NCBI GenBank assembly: GCA_963772835.1
Contig: CAVYYZ010000002.1
Location: 352,001 to 416,000 of the forward strand
Source of the DNA: an uncultured delta proteobacterium
GTDB taxonomy: Bacteria > Desulfobacterota > Desulfuromonadia > Geobacterales > Pseudopelobacteraceae
Length of the DNA stretch: 64,000 bases
Direction: 5' to 3'
Each line of letters starts with the position of its first letter. The first letter of the stretch is position 1. Made by a program: the position numbers and the translations under genes. Below the pieces are notes generated by a model. It did not search any database and was not told the DNA's origin. It worked only from the letters and a program-made list of their open reading frames with translations. Below are positions 43,375-53,330 of this stretch, piece by piece.

Positions 43375-44691
43375 TTACTCCAGATTGTCTTCAATACGGA
43401 TAAAACTGGTTTTCTGGCATATAATGTCCAGTTGGTTGATTTCTGACAAAGCCTCCTGAATCGAGCCTTCACGAGCCTCATGGGTCATGATGACAATGGG
43501 CACCGGAGCGGCGTCATCCACTTCATGGGCTGTCTGAACCATCGATTCGATACTTATGCCGTGCTTGCCCAGAGCGCCGGCAATCCCCCCCAGTACTCCC
43601 GGTTTGTCCAGGGCACTGAACCGGAGCATGTATTTACTAAGGATATCGGCCATCGGCCTGACCGGTATGGTAACGATCTCATTGTCCAGAAAACCGAGGG
43701 GCGACATCCGGCGACCGGCGCCCGCTTTCATGCTGCGTGACAGGCCGATCAGGTCGCCGACAATTGCACTGGCGGTCGGGTTCTGTCCCGCACCACGCCC
43801 GGAGAACATGACCGGGCCGACAAAGTCTCCGGTGAGGCGGATGGCATTGAACACTCCGTTGATATCGGCCAGTGGGCTGTCAAGCGGAATCATGGTCGGA
43901 TGCACGCGGGCTTCAATCTCGCCGTCAACATGCTTTCCAATCGCCAACAGCTTGATGCGATAGCCGAATTCGGCGGCGTATTTGACATCCAGACCGCTGA
44001 TATTGGCAATCCCTTCGGTATGAATATCCTTAAAGTCAATCCGGGTGCCAAAACAGAGGGAAATCAGAACGGCCAGCTTGTGGGCGGTATCGACCCCTTC
44101 AACATCAAATGTCGGATCGGGTTCAGCGTAGCCGAGATCCTGTGCGGCGCGAAGCACGTCGACAAAGTCGGCACCTTCCTGAGTCATGCGGGTCAGAATG
44201 TAATTGCAGGTGCCGTTCATGATGCCGAAGACACTGCTGAAATGGTTGGCGGCCAGATTGCTCTTGATAGCAGTCAGAACCGGAATTCCGCCGCCGACGG
44301 CGGCCTCGAACTGCACTTCGACACCATTACGGACAGCTGCGGCGTAGATATCGGAACCATGCAGAGCCAGGAGCGCCTTATTGGCGGTAACAATATGCTT
44401 TCCTTTTTCAATCGCCTGTAACACAAAACTCTTGGCCGGTTCATACCCGCCGATCAGTTCAATGACAACTGATATGTCAGGGTCGTTGAATATGTCATCA
44501 ACGCTGGTTGTCAGCACGCCAGGAGCAACTGAAACTCCACGGTCTGTGGTAATATCAAGATCTGCAATGCGCTTCAATACGATGCCCGCTCCAACTTTGC
44601 TGCGAATAACGTCCGCATTATCACGTAGCAGTTTAACGACCCCCGCCCCGATATTGCCGAAACCTATCAGACCTACCTGTATATCTTTCAT
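43375..44691 (-). CDS. hom: Homoserine dehydrogenase with ACT domain
   Basis: GFGNIG, TANKA, EAAVGGGIP, NGTCNYIL, DKPGVL. Confidence 0.97.
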   Translation of the reverse strand: MKDIQVGLIGFGNIGAGVVKLLRDNADVIRSKVGAGIVLKRIADLDITTDRGVSVAPGVLTTSVDDIFNDPDISVVIELIGGYEPAKSFVLQAIEKGKHIVTANKALLALHGSDIYAAAVRNGVEVQFEAAVGGGIPVLTAIKSNLAANHFSSVFGIMNGTCNYILTRMTQEGADFVDVLRAAQDLGYAEPDPTFDVEGVDTAHKLAVLISLCFGTRIDFKDIHTEGIANISGLDVKYAAEFGYRIKLLAIGKHVDGEIEARVHPTMIPLDSPLADINGVFNAIRLTGDFVGPVMFSGRGAGQNPTASAIVGDLIGLSRSMKAGAGRRMSPLGFLDNEIVTIPVRPMADILSKYMLRFSALDKPGVLGGIAGALGKHGISIESMVQTAHEVDDAAPVPIVIMTHEAREGSIQEALSEINQLDIICQKTSFIRIEDNLE

Positions 44692-44723
44692 GTAATATCC
44701 TCTGAATAAAACTTCAAAACCCT

Positions 44724-44820
44724 GTCGCGGAGAGACGGAGAAAACCAGGATAACCCCGGCAAAGAGTTTGAGGTAAACCATAAACCCTTTTGTTTTAGAC
44801 TTTCTCTGTGACTCCGTGGC
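44724..44820. repeat. Palindromic intergenic element related to 41855-41981
   Basis: GTCGCGGAGAGACGGAGAAA / TTTCTCTGTGACTCCGTGGC arms. Confidence 0.6.
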
Positions 44821-44838
44821 GGGCTAAAGGCTTTGGAT

Positions 44839-45270
44839 TTACTCTTCTCCCGCAACGTCCGACTTTACACAGGACACTATCTCATCGAGAATGCCGTTCA
44901 CAAATGCCGGCGATTCTTTGTCACCGTAACGGCGTACAATCTCTATCGCTTCGTTTATTGTGACTTTTTTTGGAATATCGGGACGGAACATCAGCTCATA
45001 TGCTGCCAGACGCATGACGTTCAGATCCACCCGCGGCATTCGCGTCAGCGACCAGTTTTTTGAACACGCCCGAATCGCTTCATCAATGTCTGCACGCCGG
45101 GTCTGTACACCCTGCACCAGTTCTTCCGCAAACTCCCGAACCCTGCCTGCTATTTCACCCTGCTCCTCACGGAAGGTCTGCAACGTTTCGCGAAGACCGA
45201 CCGTGCTGTTTGAATCAAGAGCGTACAACATCTGCAGAGCCAGTTCGCGCGCTTCACGCCGTAGTCCCAT
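44839..45270 (-). CDS. nusB: Transcription antitermination factor NusB
   Basis: [26 protein letters not shown]. Confidence 0.97.
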   Translation of the reverse strand: MGLRREARELALQMLYALDSNSTVGLRETLQTFREEQGEIAGRVREFAEELVQGVQTRRADIDEAIRACSKNWSLTRMPRVDLNVMRLAAYELMFRPDIPKKVTINEAIEIVRRYGDKESPAFVNGILDEIVSCVKSDVAGEE

Positions 45271-45737
45271 TATTTCAGAACCTTTATCAGGTTGACGGAT
45301 TCTATTGCAGTAACAGCCGCTTCAAAACCTTTGTTCCCCGCCTTGGTACCGGCCCGTTCTACCGCCTGTTCGATTGTATCGGTCGTCAGAACACCAAAGG
45401 CGATCGGAATACCGCTTTCAAGTGAGACACCGGCAACTCCTTTGGAAACCTCAGCGGCAACATAGTCGAAATGCGGTGTAGACCCGCGAATAACAGCCCC
45501 GAGGCAGATCAGAGCATCATATTTGCCGGTTTCCGCCATTTTTTTGGCAAAGAGCGGAATTTCAAATGCCCCCGGCACTCGTGCCACATGTATGTTTTTG
45601 TCATCGACACCGTGGCGGATCAGCGCATCAACCGCTCCCTCCAGCAGGCGTTCGCAGATAAAACTGTTGAAACGGCTGACCACAATACCGAATTTCTGAC
45701 CTTTGCCTTCAAGTTTACCTTCAAAAAATTGCGGCAT
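45270..45737 (-). CDS. ribH: 6,7-dimethyl-8-ribityllumazine synthase
   Basis: [30 protein letters not shown]. Confidence 0.98.
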   Translation of the reverse strand: MPQFFEGKLEGKGQKFGIVVSRFNSFICERLLEGAVDALIRHGVDDKNIHVARVPGAFEIPLFAKKMAETGKYDALICLGAVIRGSTPHFDYVAAEVSKGVAGVSLESGIPIAFGVLTTDTIEQAVERAGTKAGNKGFEAAVTAIESVNLIKVLK

Positions 45738-45994
45738 GACTACCTCCCGGAAATGAGTACGTTAGAAGCTAACTGTGTAACAGGTTAGCCTAAAAAAAGG
45801 GCATATTAACATATTTTTTACTACTGGGTAGAAAAAATATGGGGCGCTACGGCCGGTCGGAGCGTGTGAATACTTCTATCAGTGTAGGTACAACAGAAAC
45901 CTGTCGACCGATGTACACTTTGGTTCAAAAGCCATGATCTACTTCACCACCGGAAAGCGCGACTGTTTTGCAACAACATCTGTACGAAACCGCT

Positions 45995-46534
45995 TTAGGC
46001 GGCCACCTTCGGGTTCTGGCTGATTATTCGCCTCATATGTGTAATAATTCTTGTACAGACTTCTTTTTGTGTCAGATCAGTGGCCTTGATAGTGACATCC
46101 GCGTACTTCCTGTAAAGAGTGAATCGTTCCAGGTACAGGTCGGCCAATCCCTGATCCGCTCTTTTTGCAAGGCCTCTCGAGCTGAAGTCATGAATCCTTG
46201 ACTCCAGTACGGGCAGTTCCACTTCGAGAAAAATGACAACACCGGCGGACTTGAGATGAGCCATGGCGCAGTCGCTATATACTGCGCTGCCGCCGGTGGC
46301 AATGACAGAGTTTTGGGCGTGAAGCCCGATCAGGACCTTTTCTTCAATCATCCGGAGAGCTGTGTATCCGTCTGAATCAACAATTTCCTGCAATGTCCGC
46401 TCCTGCAAGGATTGAATAAGAATGTCCGTATCCACAAAGTCACGCGCCGTCAGTTGTGCCAGCATAACACCGACACTGCTCTTACCGGCGCCCGGCATAC
46501 CAATTAAAACAAGATTTGAACATGTTTGTACCAT
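45995..46534 (-). CDS. aroK: Shikimate kinase-family protein
   Basis: GMPGAGKS, DTD, IATGGSAV. Confidence 0.8.
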   Translation of the reverse strand: MVQTCSNLVLIGMPGAGKSSVGVMLAQLTARDFVDTDILIQSLQERTLQEIVDSDGYTALRMIEEKVLIGLHAQNSVIATGGSAVYSDCAMAHLKSAGVVIFLEVELPVLESRIHDFSSRGLAKRADQGLADLYLERFTLYRKYADVTIKATDLTQKEVCTRIITHMRRIISQNPKVAA

Positions 46535-46622
46535 GATTTTCGAGATCCTGTGCCCTCCAGTCCGGCGGTTGCACCATTGGAGCGTATTGAAACGGCATAT
46601 ACTACGAAACATGTACCGGGTT

Positions 46623-47618
46623 TTATATCAGTTTTAGAGCCGAGAAAATCATCTCCCACGCTGTAATAAGCGCAAACAGCAGATAGCAGATTATCGTAAC
46701 GAGAACGAGGCGGCGTTGAATGCCTGGGATAATAATGTTCAGGCTTACGACTTTTCTGAAAGGCATCAATACACCGGTTCCGATACCCGCCACGGCACCA
46801 CCGAAGAGAGTGGCGTACAAGATGTACCCGATGTAATGATACTCCTTCTGAAGCAGACAGAACGGGCAGTGATGGGTGGGAAGCTCATAAAAATACAGAC
46901 AGATAAAAGAGACCACCGAGGCTGCGGCAACCAGAAAGGTTACTGTTGCAGCGATCGAAAACAGATACCCGGCTTGGCTCTTTTTATAAAAAAACAACCC
47001 GCTGACGACGGTAACCGCCGTACCGGAAAAAAAGGCTATCTGCATCGGCAGAGGTGGCAGCGACGCAAGATCACCGCCGAAACTGCTTGATTCGTGGCTG
47101 AACAGGCTGCCGCAACAGGAGGTGATAATATCCGGTTTTACACCGGCAAAATAGGCGAACAGCAGAATGCCCTCCAACACCAGCAGAGGAACCACAAGAT
47201 TGAGCAGTTCATATTTGACCCGGATCAGCGGGTAGTCATATCCCCGGTTATCGGTATAATTCACGATCAGCCAGACACCTGACAGCAGAAAATTAACTAT
47301 TTTGAGCAGCATCACGGGGTAACCGAACGAGTTTACAGCCAGGGTTCCGGCCGCGCACATTGCACCGGTAAACAGCGTGTGGATGTCATCAGCAGTGTAG
47401 ATGAACAGAAACAGCGACATGAGCTCAAAAGTGAGTATATAACTCATGATTGTTGATATCAGGTAGGTCCTGCGCTCCAGGTCCAACTGGCTCTCGCTGC
47501 CGCTGGCCGGGTCCCACCGGCTGAGAATCCGCATACCGTAATAACCGGCATAGATCCCCATAACGGATACCAACAGCGCGATCAGCAGCAGCGCGAGGGC
47601 CGCGGGATGCAGGATCAC
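46623..47618 (-). CDS. Polytopic membrane protein with Cys/His motifs
   Basis: About 8 TM segments; GAMCAAG, ITSCCGSLF, HHCPFC. Confidence 0.8.
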   Translation of the reverse strand: MILHPAALALLLIALLVSVMGIYAGYYGMRILSRWDPASGSESQLDLERRTYLISTIMSYILTFELMSLFLFIYTADDIHTLFTGAMCAAGTLAVNSFGYPVMLLKIVNFLLSGVWLIVNYTDNRGYDYPLIRVKYELLNLVVPLLVLEGILLFAYFAGVKPDIITSCCGSLFSHESSSFGGDLASLPPLPMQIAFFSGTAVTVVSGLFFYKKSQAGYLFSIAATVTFLVAAASVVSFICLYFYELPTHHCPFCLLQKEYHYIGYILYATLFGGAVAGIGTGVLMPFRKVVSLNIIIPGIQRRLVLVTIICYLLFALITAWEMIFSALKLI

Positions 47619-48343
47619 CGGCAGCTCCGGCTGGCGACTACGGTGCCGTCACGCATTTCAACCAGTGCATCTATCAACGGTGAATCAAACACAATCGGAT
47701 CATGGCTGGCGATCAGCACACTCTTCCCCTCACCCTTCAACCGGCCGACAATGGCCATGAACTCCTGTGACAGCTTTGAATCCAGATGTGCAGTCGGTTC
47801 ATCGGCGATGATGATAGAGGGATTATTGATCAGGGCACGGGCAATGGCAGCCCGTTGCAGTTCTCCGCCCGAAAGCAGCTCGACCCGCTGTCCGGCAAGG
47901 CGCGAGATACTGAACTGTTCGAGTAGATTCAAGGCTCTGGCCCGGAAGAGTGTCCGGTCTTCTCCGGTGGGATAGGCCGGCAGCATAACATTTTCCAAAA
48001 CAGATATGCCCTTGACCAGGTTGAACTGCTGAAAAATGAATCCGAATGTTGATCTCCGGATATCATTCAAAAATCGCTCAGGGAGACTGGTTATCTCAAC
48101 AGAATCCGCCCCCCCCTGATGAAACGGTACAGCTGCGGCAATTCCATGCAGAAAAATCCGCCCCGAGGTCGGCCGGGCCATGCAACCGATCATCGTCAGG
48201 AGCGATGTTTTACCGGAGCCGCTCGGGCCTTTGAAAACAGTAATCTGCTCCGGGTTGACGGTAAGGGTGACATTATCCACGGCAGTGAACTGATTCGGTT
48301 TACCGCTGTTAAATGATTTCGTAATTCCGGAAAGCTCTATCAC
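47615..48343 (-). CDS. ABC ATP-binding protein (LolD/MacB-like)
   Basis: GPSGSGKT, FQQFNL, LSGGELQR, ADEPTAHLD. Confidence 0.95.
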   Translation of the reverse strand: MIELSGITKSFNSGKPNQFTAVDNVTLTVNPEQITVFKGPSGSGKTSLLTMIGCMARPTSGRIFLHGIAAAVPFHQGGADSVEITSLPERFLNDIRRSTFGFIFQQFNLVKGISVLENVMLPAYPTGEDRTLFRARALNLLEQFSISRLAGQRVELLSGGELQRAAIARALINNPSIIIADEPTAHLDSKLSQEFMAIVGRLKGEGKSVLIASHDPIVFDSPLIDALVEMRDGTVVASRSCR

Positions 48344-48344
48344 G

Positions 48345-49481
48345 TCAATACCTCATTGCGGCATCCGGATCGATCGTGGCCGCGCGCCAGCAGGGAATAA
48401 CAGTCGCAGTTGTATACGGCACAACCGTCAGAAAAAAGAGTACGGACAGTTGGTAGACGTCGACAACCGGCACCAGCTGAAAACGGGGATAGATAACCGA
48501 CCACCCCTTGAGCGCCTGTGCGAACAGGGGAGCCGACAAGAAAAAGACATGCACATAGGCAAGCACGGTCCCCAGCAGAAATGCCGTCAATGAAATGACT
48601 ATACCTTCCCAGAACTTAAGCAGCAGCACATCGGAAGTTTCCCAGCCGATAGACTTGAGAATACCGATCTCTTTGCGCTCTTCGGCTGAAAGGCCTGTCG
48701 CCTTGTCCCAGGCGAAGATGATGAAAGAGAGCAGGGATGAGGCCAGGATTATCAACGTCATTCCGCCGCGCCAGTCGAAGATGGATTGATAGGTGCGCTG
48801 TATCTCACTTTTCAAGACCGGACGGGAATCGGGGAACCGGCTTATAATTTTGGCCGCAACGGTCGGCAGCTCTTTGGGATTTCGTACTGATACCGCCAGA
48901 TCGGTCGCCTGCCCCTCTGGAAAATTGAAGAGCTGAAGAAAATCGGACGGTGATATGACAATCAGGTCAGCCGAGACGAGGTCGGATTCGTTCGGAAATA
49001 TTGAAGTTATTTCCAGCATCACCGGTGCCTTGTCATAACTTATCAGCGGAAGCAGATCGCCGATCGACAGATGTCGAGACTGTGCAACCCGGGAACCGAT
49101 GGAGGCCTGTCCCGGTAGTGCGGCGGAATCGTCACCGGCCATAATCGTGTAATTTGCGCCGCTCAACGCGTCATAATAATATCCCCACAAACGGGGACGT
49201 ACCGCTGTCACCCCCCTGATCAGGGCGATTTCAGAAGCATATCCGGCTGGCACCAGATCCTGACGCCCCGCCATCAACCGTTGCACGACCATGTCAGGCG
49301 CATCGTTCAGAATAAGTGAGGCTTCTCTCTTCAGCGCCGAAACAAAGAACACCAGCGACGCCAGCATGAAGATTACCAGGAGATATATCATCAGAAGAGA
49401 CAGGTTCTTTCCTCTTCTGCGCAGTAACGATGCCAGGGTGAATTCAAGAATATTCAGATGTCGCTCAACGGCTCGATTCAT
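48345..49481 (-). CDS. ABC permease, FtsX/LolE-like
   Basis: N-terminal TM, periplasmic domain, ERKEIGILKSIGW, three C-terminal TMs. Confidence 0.9.
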   Translation of the reverse strand: MNRAVERHLNILEFTLASLLRRRGKNLSLLMIYLLVIFMLASLVFFVSALKREASLILNDAPDMVVQRLMAGRQDLVPAGYASEIALIRGVTAVRPRLWGYYYDALSGANYTIMAGDDSAALPGQASIGSRVAQSRHLSIGDLLPLISYDKAPVMLEITSIFPNESDLVSADLIVISPSDFLQLFNFPEGQATDLAVSVRNPKELPTVAAKIISRFPDSRPVLKSEIQRTYQSIFDWRGGMTLIILASSLLSFIIFAWDKATGLSAEERKEIGILKSIGWETSDVLLLKFWEGIVISLTAFLLGTVLAYVHVFFLSAPLFAQALKGWSVIYPRFQLVPVVDVYQLSVLFFLTVVPYTTATVIPCWRAATIDPDAAMRY

Positions 49482-49780
49482 GGTTTTTCTCGCGGGAGAG
49501 GCGGCAGGATCAGCGAACCCGAAGGAAAGTGTTCCAGCGCCATGGGATGATCCTGAAAGGGTGCGTGACTGTCAGCCATGGCAGGATGCCGGGTATAGCG
49601 GGCTTCCGTCGAAAGGCAGAGATCTGTAACATGCAGATTCCGGAGTTGAAGCGCCTGTTGCTTTGTTTCGCGGCCGGAAAGGTACTGTGCATATCGGGCA
49701 TGCAACGGCAGTAGCAGGAAAAGCGTCAGACTTCCGGCGGTAAAGAGTAAAAATTGTAATGATCGTCGTGTAGGTGTCAT
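49478..49780 (-). CDS. Small membrane-anchored hypothetical protein
   Basis: Translationally coupled in operon; TDLCLSTEARYTRH...DHP..LEHFPSG. Confidence 0.7.
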   Translation of the reverse strand: MTPTRRSLQFLLFTAGSLTLFLLLPLHARYAQYLSGRETKQQALQLRNLHVTDLCLSTEARYTRHPAMADSHAPFQDHPMALEHFPSGSLILPPLPREKP

Positions 49781-50256
49781 TAATTGAGAGTTTTTATGGT
49801 CTGCAGCGAAATATCGTTGAAACGAAGAATGTGCTTGCCTTTATGGTCGAGCGTAAAGGATTTGGCATCCTTCATCGTGCCGAACGGAATCAGTTCACTT
49901 CCCATTGGCCCATTGATGTCGCTGCCGGAGACAAAAAAAGCGGTACGGGCATCGATCATCGTCAGAGAGTAATACTCTTTCACAAACAGAGTAACAAAAT
50001 CTGCCTGACGTTTTCCGGGAGTGTAGCGGGATGTATCCAGATAGTGACTGAACATATCCTTCGGACCGTCGTAAAAGAAGGCAGTGCCGTCTTTGAACCG
50101 GGCGGACGACGTCCAGTCCGGATATTTGGCAACAAACATTCCGCAGACAGGACACTTGGAACCGGGAGGAACAGTGGCGGCTCCATTTACTCCGGCAAGA
50201 ACGGTGGCTGCTGTGATGGCACAGTACAGCACAACTACAGGGATAATCCGATTCAT
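49780..50256 (-). CDS. NosL-family metal-binding protein
   Basis: CPVCGM, DGPKDMF, AFFVSGSDINGPMG. Confidence 0.88.
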   Translation of the reverse strand: MNRIIPVVVLYCAITAATVLAGVNGAATVPPGSKCPVCGMFVAKYPDWTSSARFKDGTAFFYDGPKDMFSHYLDTSRYTPGKRQADFVTLFVKEYYSLTMIDARTAFFVSGSDINGPMGSELIPFGTMKDAKSFTLDHKGKHILRFNDISLQTIKTLN

Positions 50257-50272
50257 ACGGGCTCCTATTATA

Positions 50273-50779
50273 TCAATCTTTTTCGGCGAGTGTCAGCGCC
50301 TCTTTGTAGGTGGCCATTCTGCCGCCGTACTTACTGATGAATGCAGTTGCATCTTCGTGATTGGCAAAAGCCCATTTTGCTGTACGTGTCATAACTCCTT
50401 TTTTGCTCCCGCCGACTACCCAGACAGCCTTTTCGGCGTCGATCAGCTTCCTGCTGATCAGATCGGCAACCTCTACACCCTTAAGCGGCTTGTTCCTGCT
50501 GGCTTTCAACTCGGTAACGGTGCAATGGAGACTGCACACACCAACAGTGGTGGTGTCCGTATACGTAATCAACATTCGCGAACCGGCAAATTTTTCCCGA
50601 TCCATGCCGCAGTGCGGGCAGGCCCTGTGAATGATTACATCGGTGTGAGTGGATTCCACAGAGGCGATCTCAGCATGCGAACGACTATCTGCATGTGTTG
50701 GCTTATGTTCTGCCGCTGCTGTGCCGCCTCCAACCGTCAGGGAGAGAGCAGCAATCAGGGCACAAAGCGGTTTATTCAT
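50273..50779 (-). CDS. NosL-family metal-binding protein
   Basis: Signal peptide, CPHCGM, CSLHC, IDAEKAVWVVG..GVM. Confidence 0.85.
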   Translation of the reverse strand: MNKPLCALIAALSLTVGGGTAAAEHKPTHADSRSHAEIASVESTHTDVIIHRACPHCGMDREKFAGSRMLITYTDTTTVGVCSLHCTVTELKASRNKPLKGVEVADLISRKLIDAEKAVWVVGGSKKGVMTRTAKWAFANHEDATAFISKYGGRMATYKEALTLAEKD

Positions 50780-50945
50780 GGCATGGTTCCTTTCGCCTTC
50801 TCTTCTTGTTCCACAATATAGCGCAAATAGCCCTGTCGTGCAACCGTGACCAGCCTGCGGAGATAAACATAGTTGACTTTACGGGGAGTTACTCTTAACA
50901 CTATACATGCAAGCACATCCAAACAGATACTCAAGGAACTGATCG

Positions 50946-53273
50946 ATGAATGTCAGCAAAAAACATATTCTGGCTCTTTTTCGGCGACATGAGGGGGTTG
51001 TCCACCTTGACAGCATCATGCGTGAGTTAGGCGGCCGCCATGTCAAGCGGGAGCTGAAGAATATGCTTGATGACATGGCCGATGACGGCGAAGTGGTTCG
51101 GATGAAGGGAAACAGTTACTCACTGCCGGAAAAGATGAAGAGTATCAGGGGAAGAATTTCTATTCACCGTGATGGTTACGGATTCGTGGCGCCCGAAGGA
51201 GGCGGCGAAGATATTTTTATTCCGTCTAAATTCCTTAAAGGTGCGCTTCACGGAGATCAGGTTGAAGCCAGCTCTTCTCCGAGCCGCATGGGAGGGAGCA
51301 AGCTCGACGGAAGGGTTCTGGCTGTGACCGAGCGCGTCACCAGCCGTATTGTCGGGCGCTATGAAGAAACCCGGCGCGGCGCTATAGTCATCCCCGAGGA
51401 TCAGCGCCTGAACCTGGTGGTGTCGATCCCTGCTAAAGGTCGCGGGAGAGCGGAAGACGGTCATCAGGTCGTGGCAGAATTAACTTCATATCCGACCGGA
51501 GGACGCCCGGCCGAAGGAAAAATTATTGAGGTCCTGGGGTGGCCGAATGACCCTGAAGTAGAGATTCAGTCTGTGATCCGCCGCTTCGACCTGCCGCACC
51601 TCTTTGGCCCGGATGTGCTTGCCGAAGCAGATGGGATTACCGATGCCGTCTCCCATGACGATCTGAGGGGGCGAGTTGACCTCCGCACGATGCCGACCGT
51701 TACCATTGACGGCGAAACGGCCCGCGATTTTGACGACGCTGTTTCCCTGCGTCGCGATGGTGAGAATTTCCGGCTTTGGGTCTCAATTGCCGACGTCTCC
51801 CACTATGTAAAAAAGGACAGCCCGCTTGATCGCGAGGCGTATCTGCGCGGAACTTCCGTCTACTTTCCGGACCGCTGCATCCCGATGCTCCCGGAACGCA
51901 TCTCCAACGGAATATGCTCACTCAACCCGCACGTTGACCGCCTGACCATGACGGCAGAAATGCTCTTTGATCGAACCGGCATCCTGCGTGAGTCATCCTT
52001 TTACCCCAGTGTCATAAATAGTGCGGCACGACTGACGTATACTATTGTCAAGCAGATTATTGTCGATGAGGATGCCGAGCTGGCTGACAAATACCGGCCG
52101 GTTTCTCCGATGCTGCGTGAGATGAAGGAGCTGGCACTGATTCTGATGGAAATGCGCAAAAAACGCGGCAGCATCGATTTTGATCTGCCCGAAGCGGAGA
52201 TCATCATCGGCCTGACCGGCCGGACAGAAGGAATTATCCGCGCAGAGCGCAATCTTGCCCACCAGCTGATCGAAGAATTCATGCTGGCGGCAAACGAAGC
52301 GGTGGCACGCTCCATCACTGCCCGGAGCATTCCGTTTCTGTATCGTGTTCATGAAAACCCGGACCCGGCCAAGCTGCATACTTTTCAGGAGTTTGTGTAT
52401 GGATTCGGCTACGAATTCAGTCTGGTTGAAGAGAAAGTAAAGCCTTCAGAACTACAGCGACTTCTGGCTCAGGCTGACGGCCGCCCCGAAGAGCGCATGA
52501 TCAACTATGCCCTGCTTCGATGTATGAAACAGGCCCGTTATGCCGCCGAAAACGTCGGACATTTCGGGCTTGCATCAGAGTGCTACTGTCATTTTACCTC
52601 TCCAATCCGTCGGTATCCCGATCTGGTAGTGCACCGGATATTGAAGGCGACACTCGCCATATCAGTAGAGAAAGAGGGGGGAAACAAGCGCGCCTTAAAA
52701 CAGCTCGCCATTGCCACCGAACGACTGGGAGAGGTCGCCGAACATACCAGCAAGCGTGAGCGGGTGGCGATGGAGGCCGAGCGGGACGTGGTGGAGATGA
52801 AGAAACTGCAGTACATGCAGCAGCATGTGGGAGATCAGTTTGACGGGTATATTACCGGGGTAACAGGTTTCGGCTTTTTCGTGGAGCTTGAAGAGCTTTT
52901 CGTAGAAGGATTAGTCCATATCTCAACCCTGACTGATGACGTATACAGCCATGCCGAAAAGCAGCACTCCCTCACAGGACGGCGAACCGGAACCATCTTC
53001 CGGATCGGTGATGCGGCCCGGGTCATGGTTGCTTCGGTATCACCGGGCACACGGCGTATCGAGTTTGTACTGACGACACACTCAGCCTCCTCCCCCGCAC
53101 CCCGGGCAGACAATGGGAAGTCCGGATCAGAAGAATATCCGCGCATTCCCCTGCGCGGAAAACGGCTGCCGGGACCAATACAGCCGCGGGGTGAGGGTCA
53201 CGGCAAAAGCAGTAAAGAGAATAATGACGGCAGATCCGGTAAAGGGAACGCCACCCCCCGGAAGCGGCGATAA
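50946..53273 (+). CDS. rnr: Ribonuclease R
   Basis: TIDGETARDFDDA, IEEFML, HFTSPIRRYPD, S1 domain, basic tail. Confidence 0.97.
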   Translation: MNVSKKHILALFRRHEGVVHLDSIMRELGGRHVKRELKNMLDDMADDGEVVRMKGNSYSLPEKMKSIRGRISIHRDGYGFVAPEGGGEDIFIPSKFLKGALHGDQVEASSSPSRMGGSKLDGRVLAVTERVTSRIVGRYEETRRGAIVIPEDQRLNLVVSIPAKGRGRAEDGHQVVAELTSYPTGGRPAEGKIIEVLGWPNDPEVEIQSVIRRFDLPHLFGPDVLAEADGITDAVSHDDLRGRVDLRTMPTVTIDGETARDFDDAVSLRRDGENFRLWVSIADVSHYVKKDSPLDREAYLRGTSVYFPDRCIPMLPERISNGICSLNPHVDRLTMTAEMLFDRTGILRESSFYPSVINSAARLTYTIVKQIIVDEDAELADKYRPVSPMLREMKELALILMEMRKKRGSIDFDLPEAEIIIGLTGRTEGIIRAERNLAHQLIEEFMLAANEAVARSITARSIPFLYRVHENPDPAKLHTFQEFVYGFGYEFSLVEEKVKPSELQRLLAQADGRPEERMINYALLRCMKQARYAAENVGHFGLASECYCHFTSPIRRYPDLVVHRILKATLAISVEKEGGNKRALKQLAIATERLGEVAEHTSKRERVAMEAERDVVEMKKLQYMQQHVGDQFDGYITGVTGFGFFVELEELFVEGLVHISTLTDDVYSHAEKQHSLTGRRTGTIFRIGDAARVMVASVSPGTRRIEFVLTTHSASSPAPRADNGKSGSEEYPRIPLRGKRLPGPIQPRGEGHGKSSKENNDGRSGKGNATPRKRR

Positions 53274-53330
53274 ATCAGATTGTGGCAAATCAGGTTGCAA
53301 GCCGGCACACCACTGTGATAGGTACGTAGG

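Noticed and set aside
45738..45994. FMN riboswitch upstream of ribH
   Set aside because: No RFN consensus segments visible.
49780..50779. Nitrous oxide reductase cluster
   Set aside because: Only NosL-like genes; no nosZ, nosD or nosR in the window.
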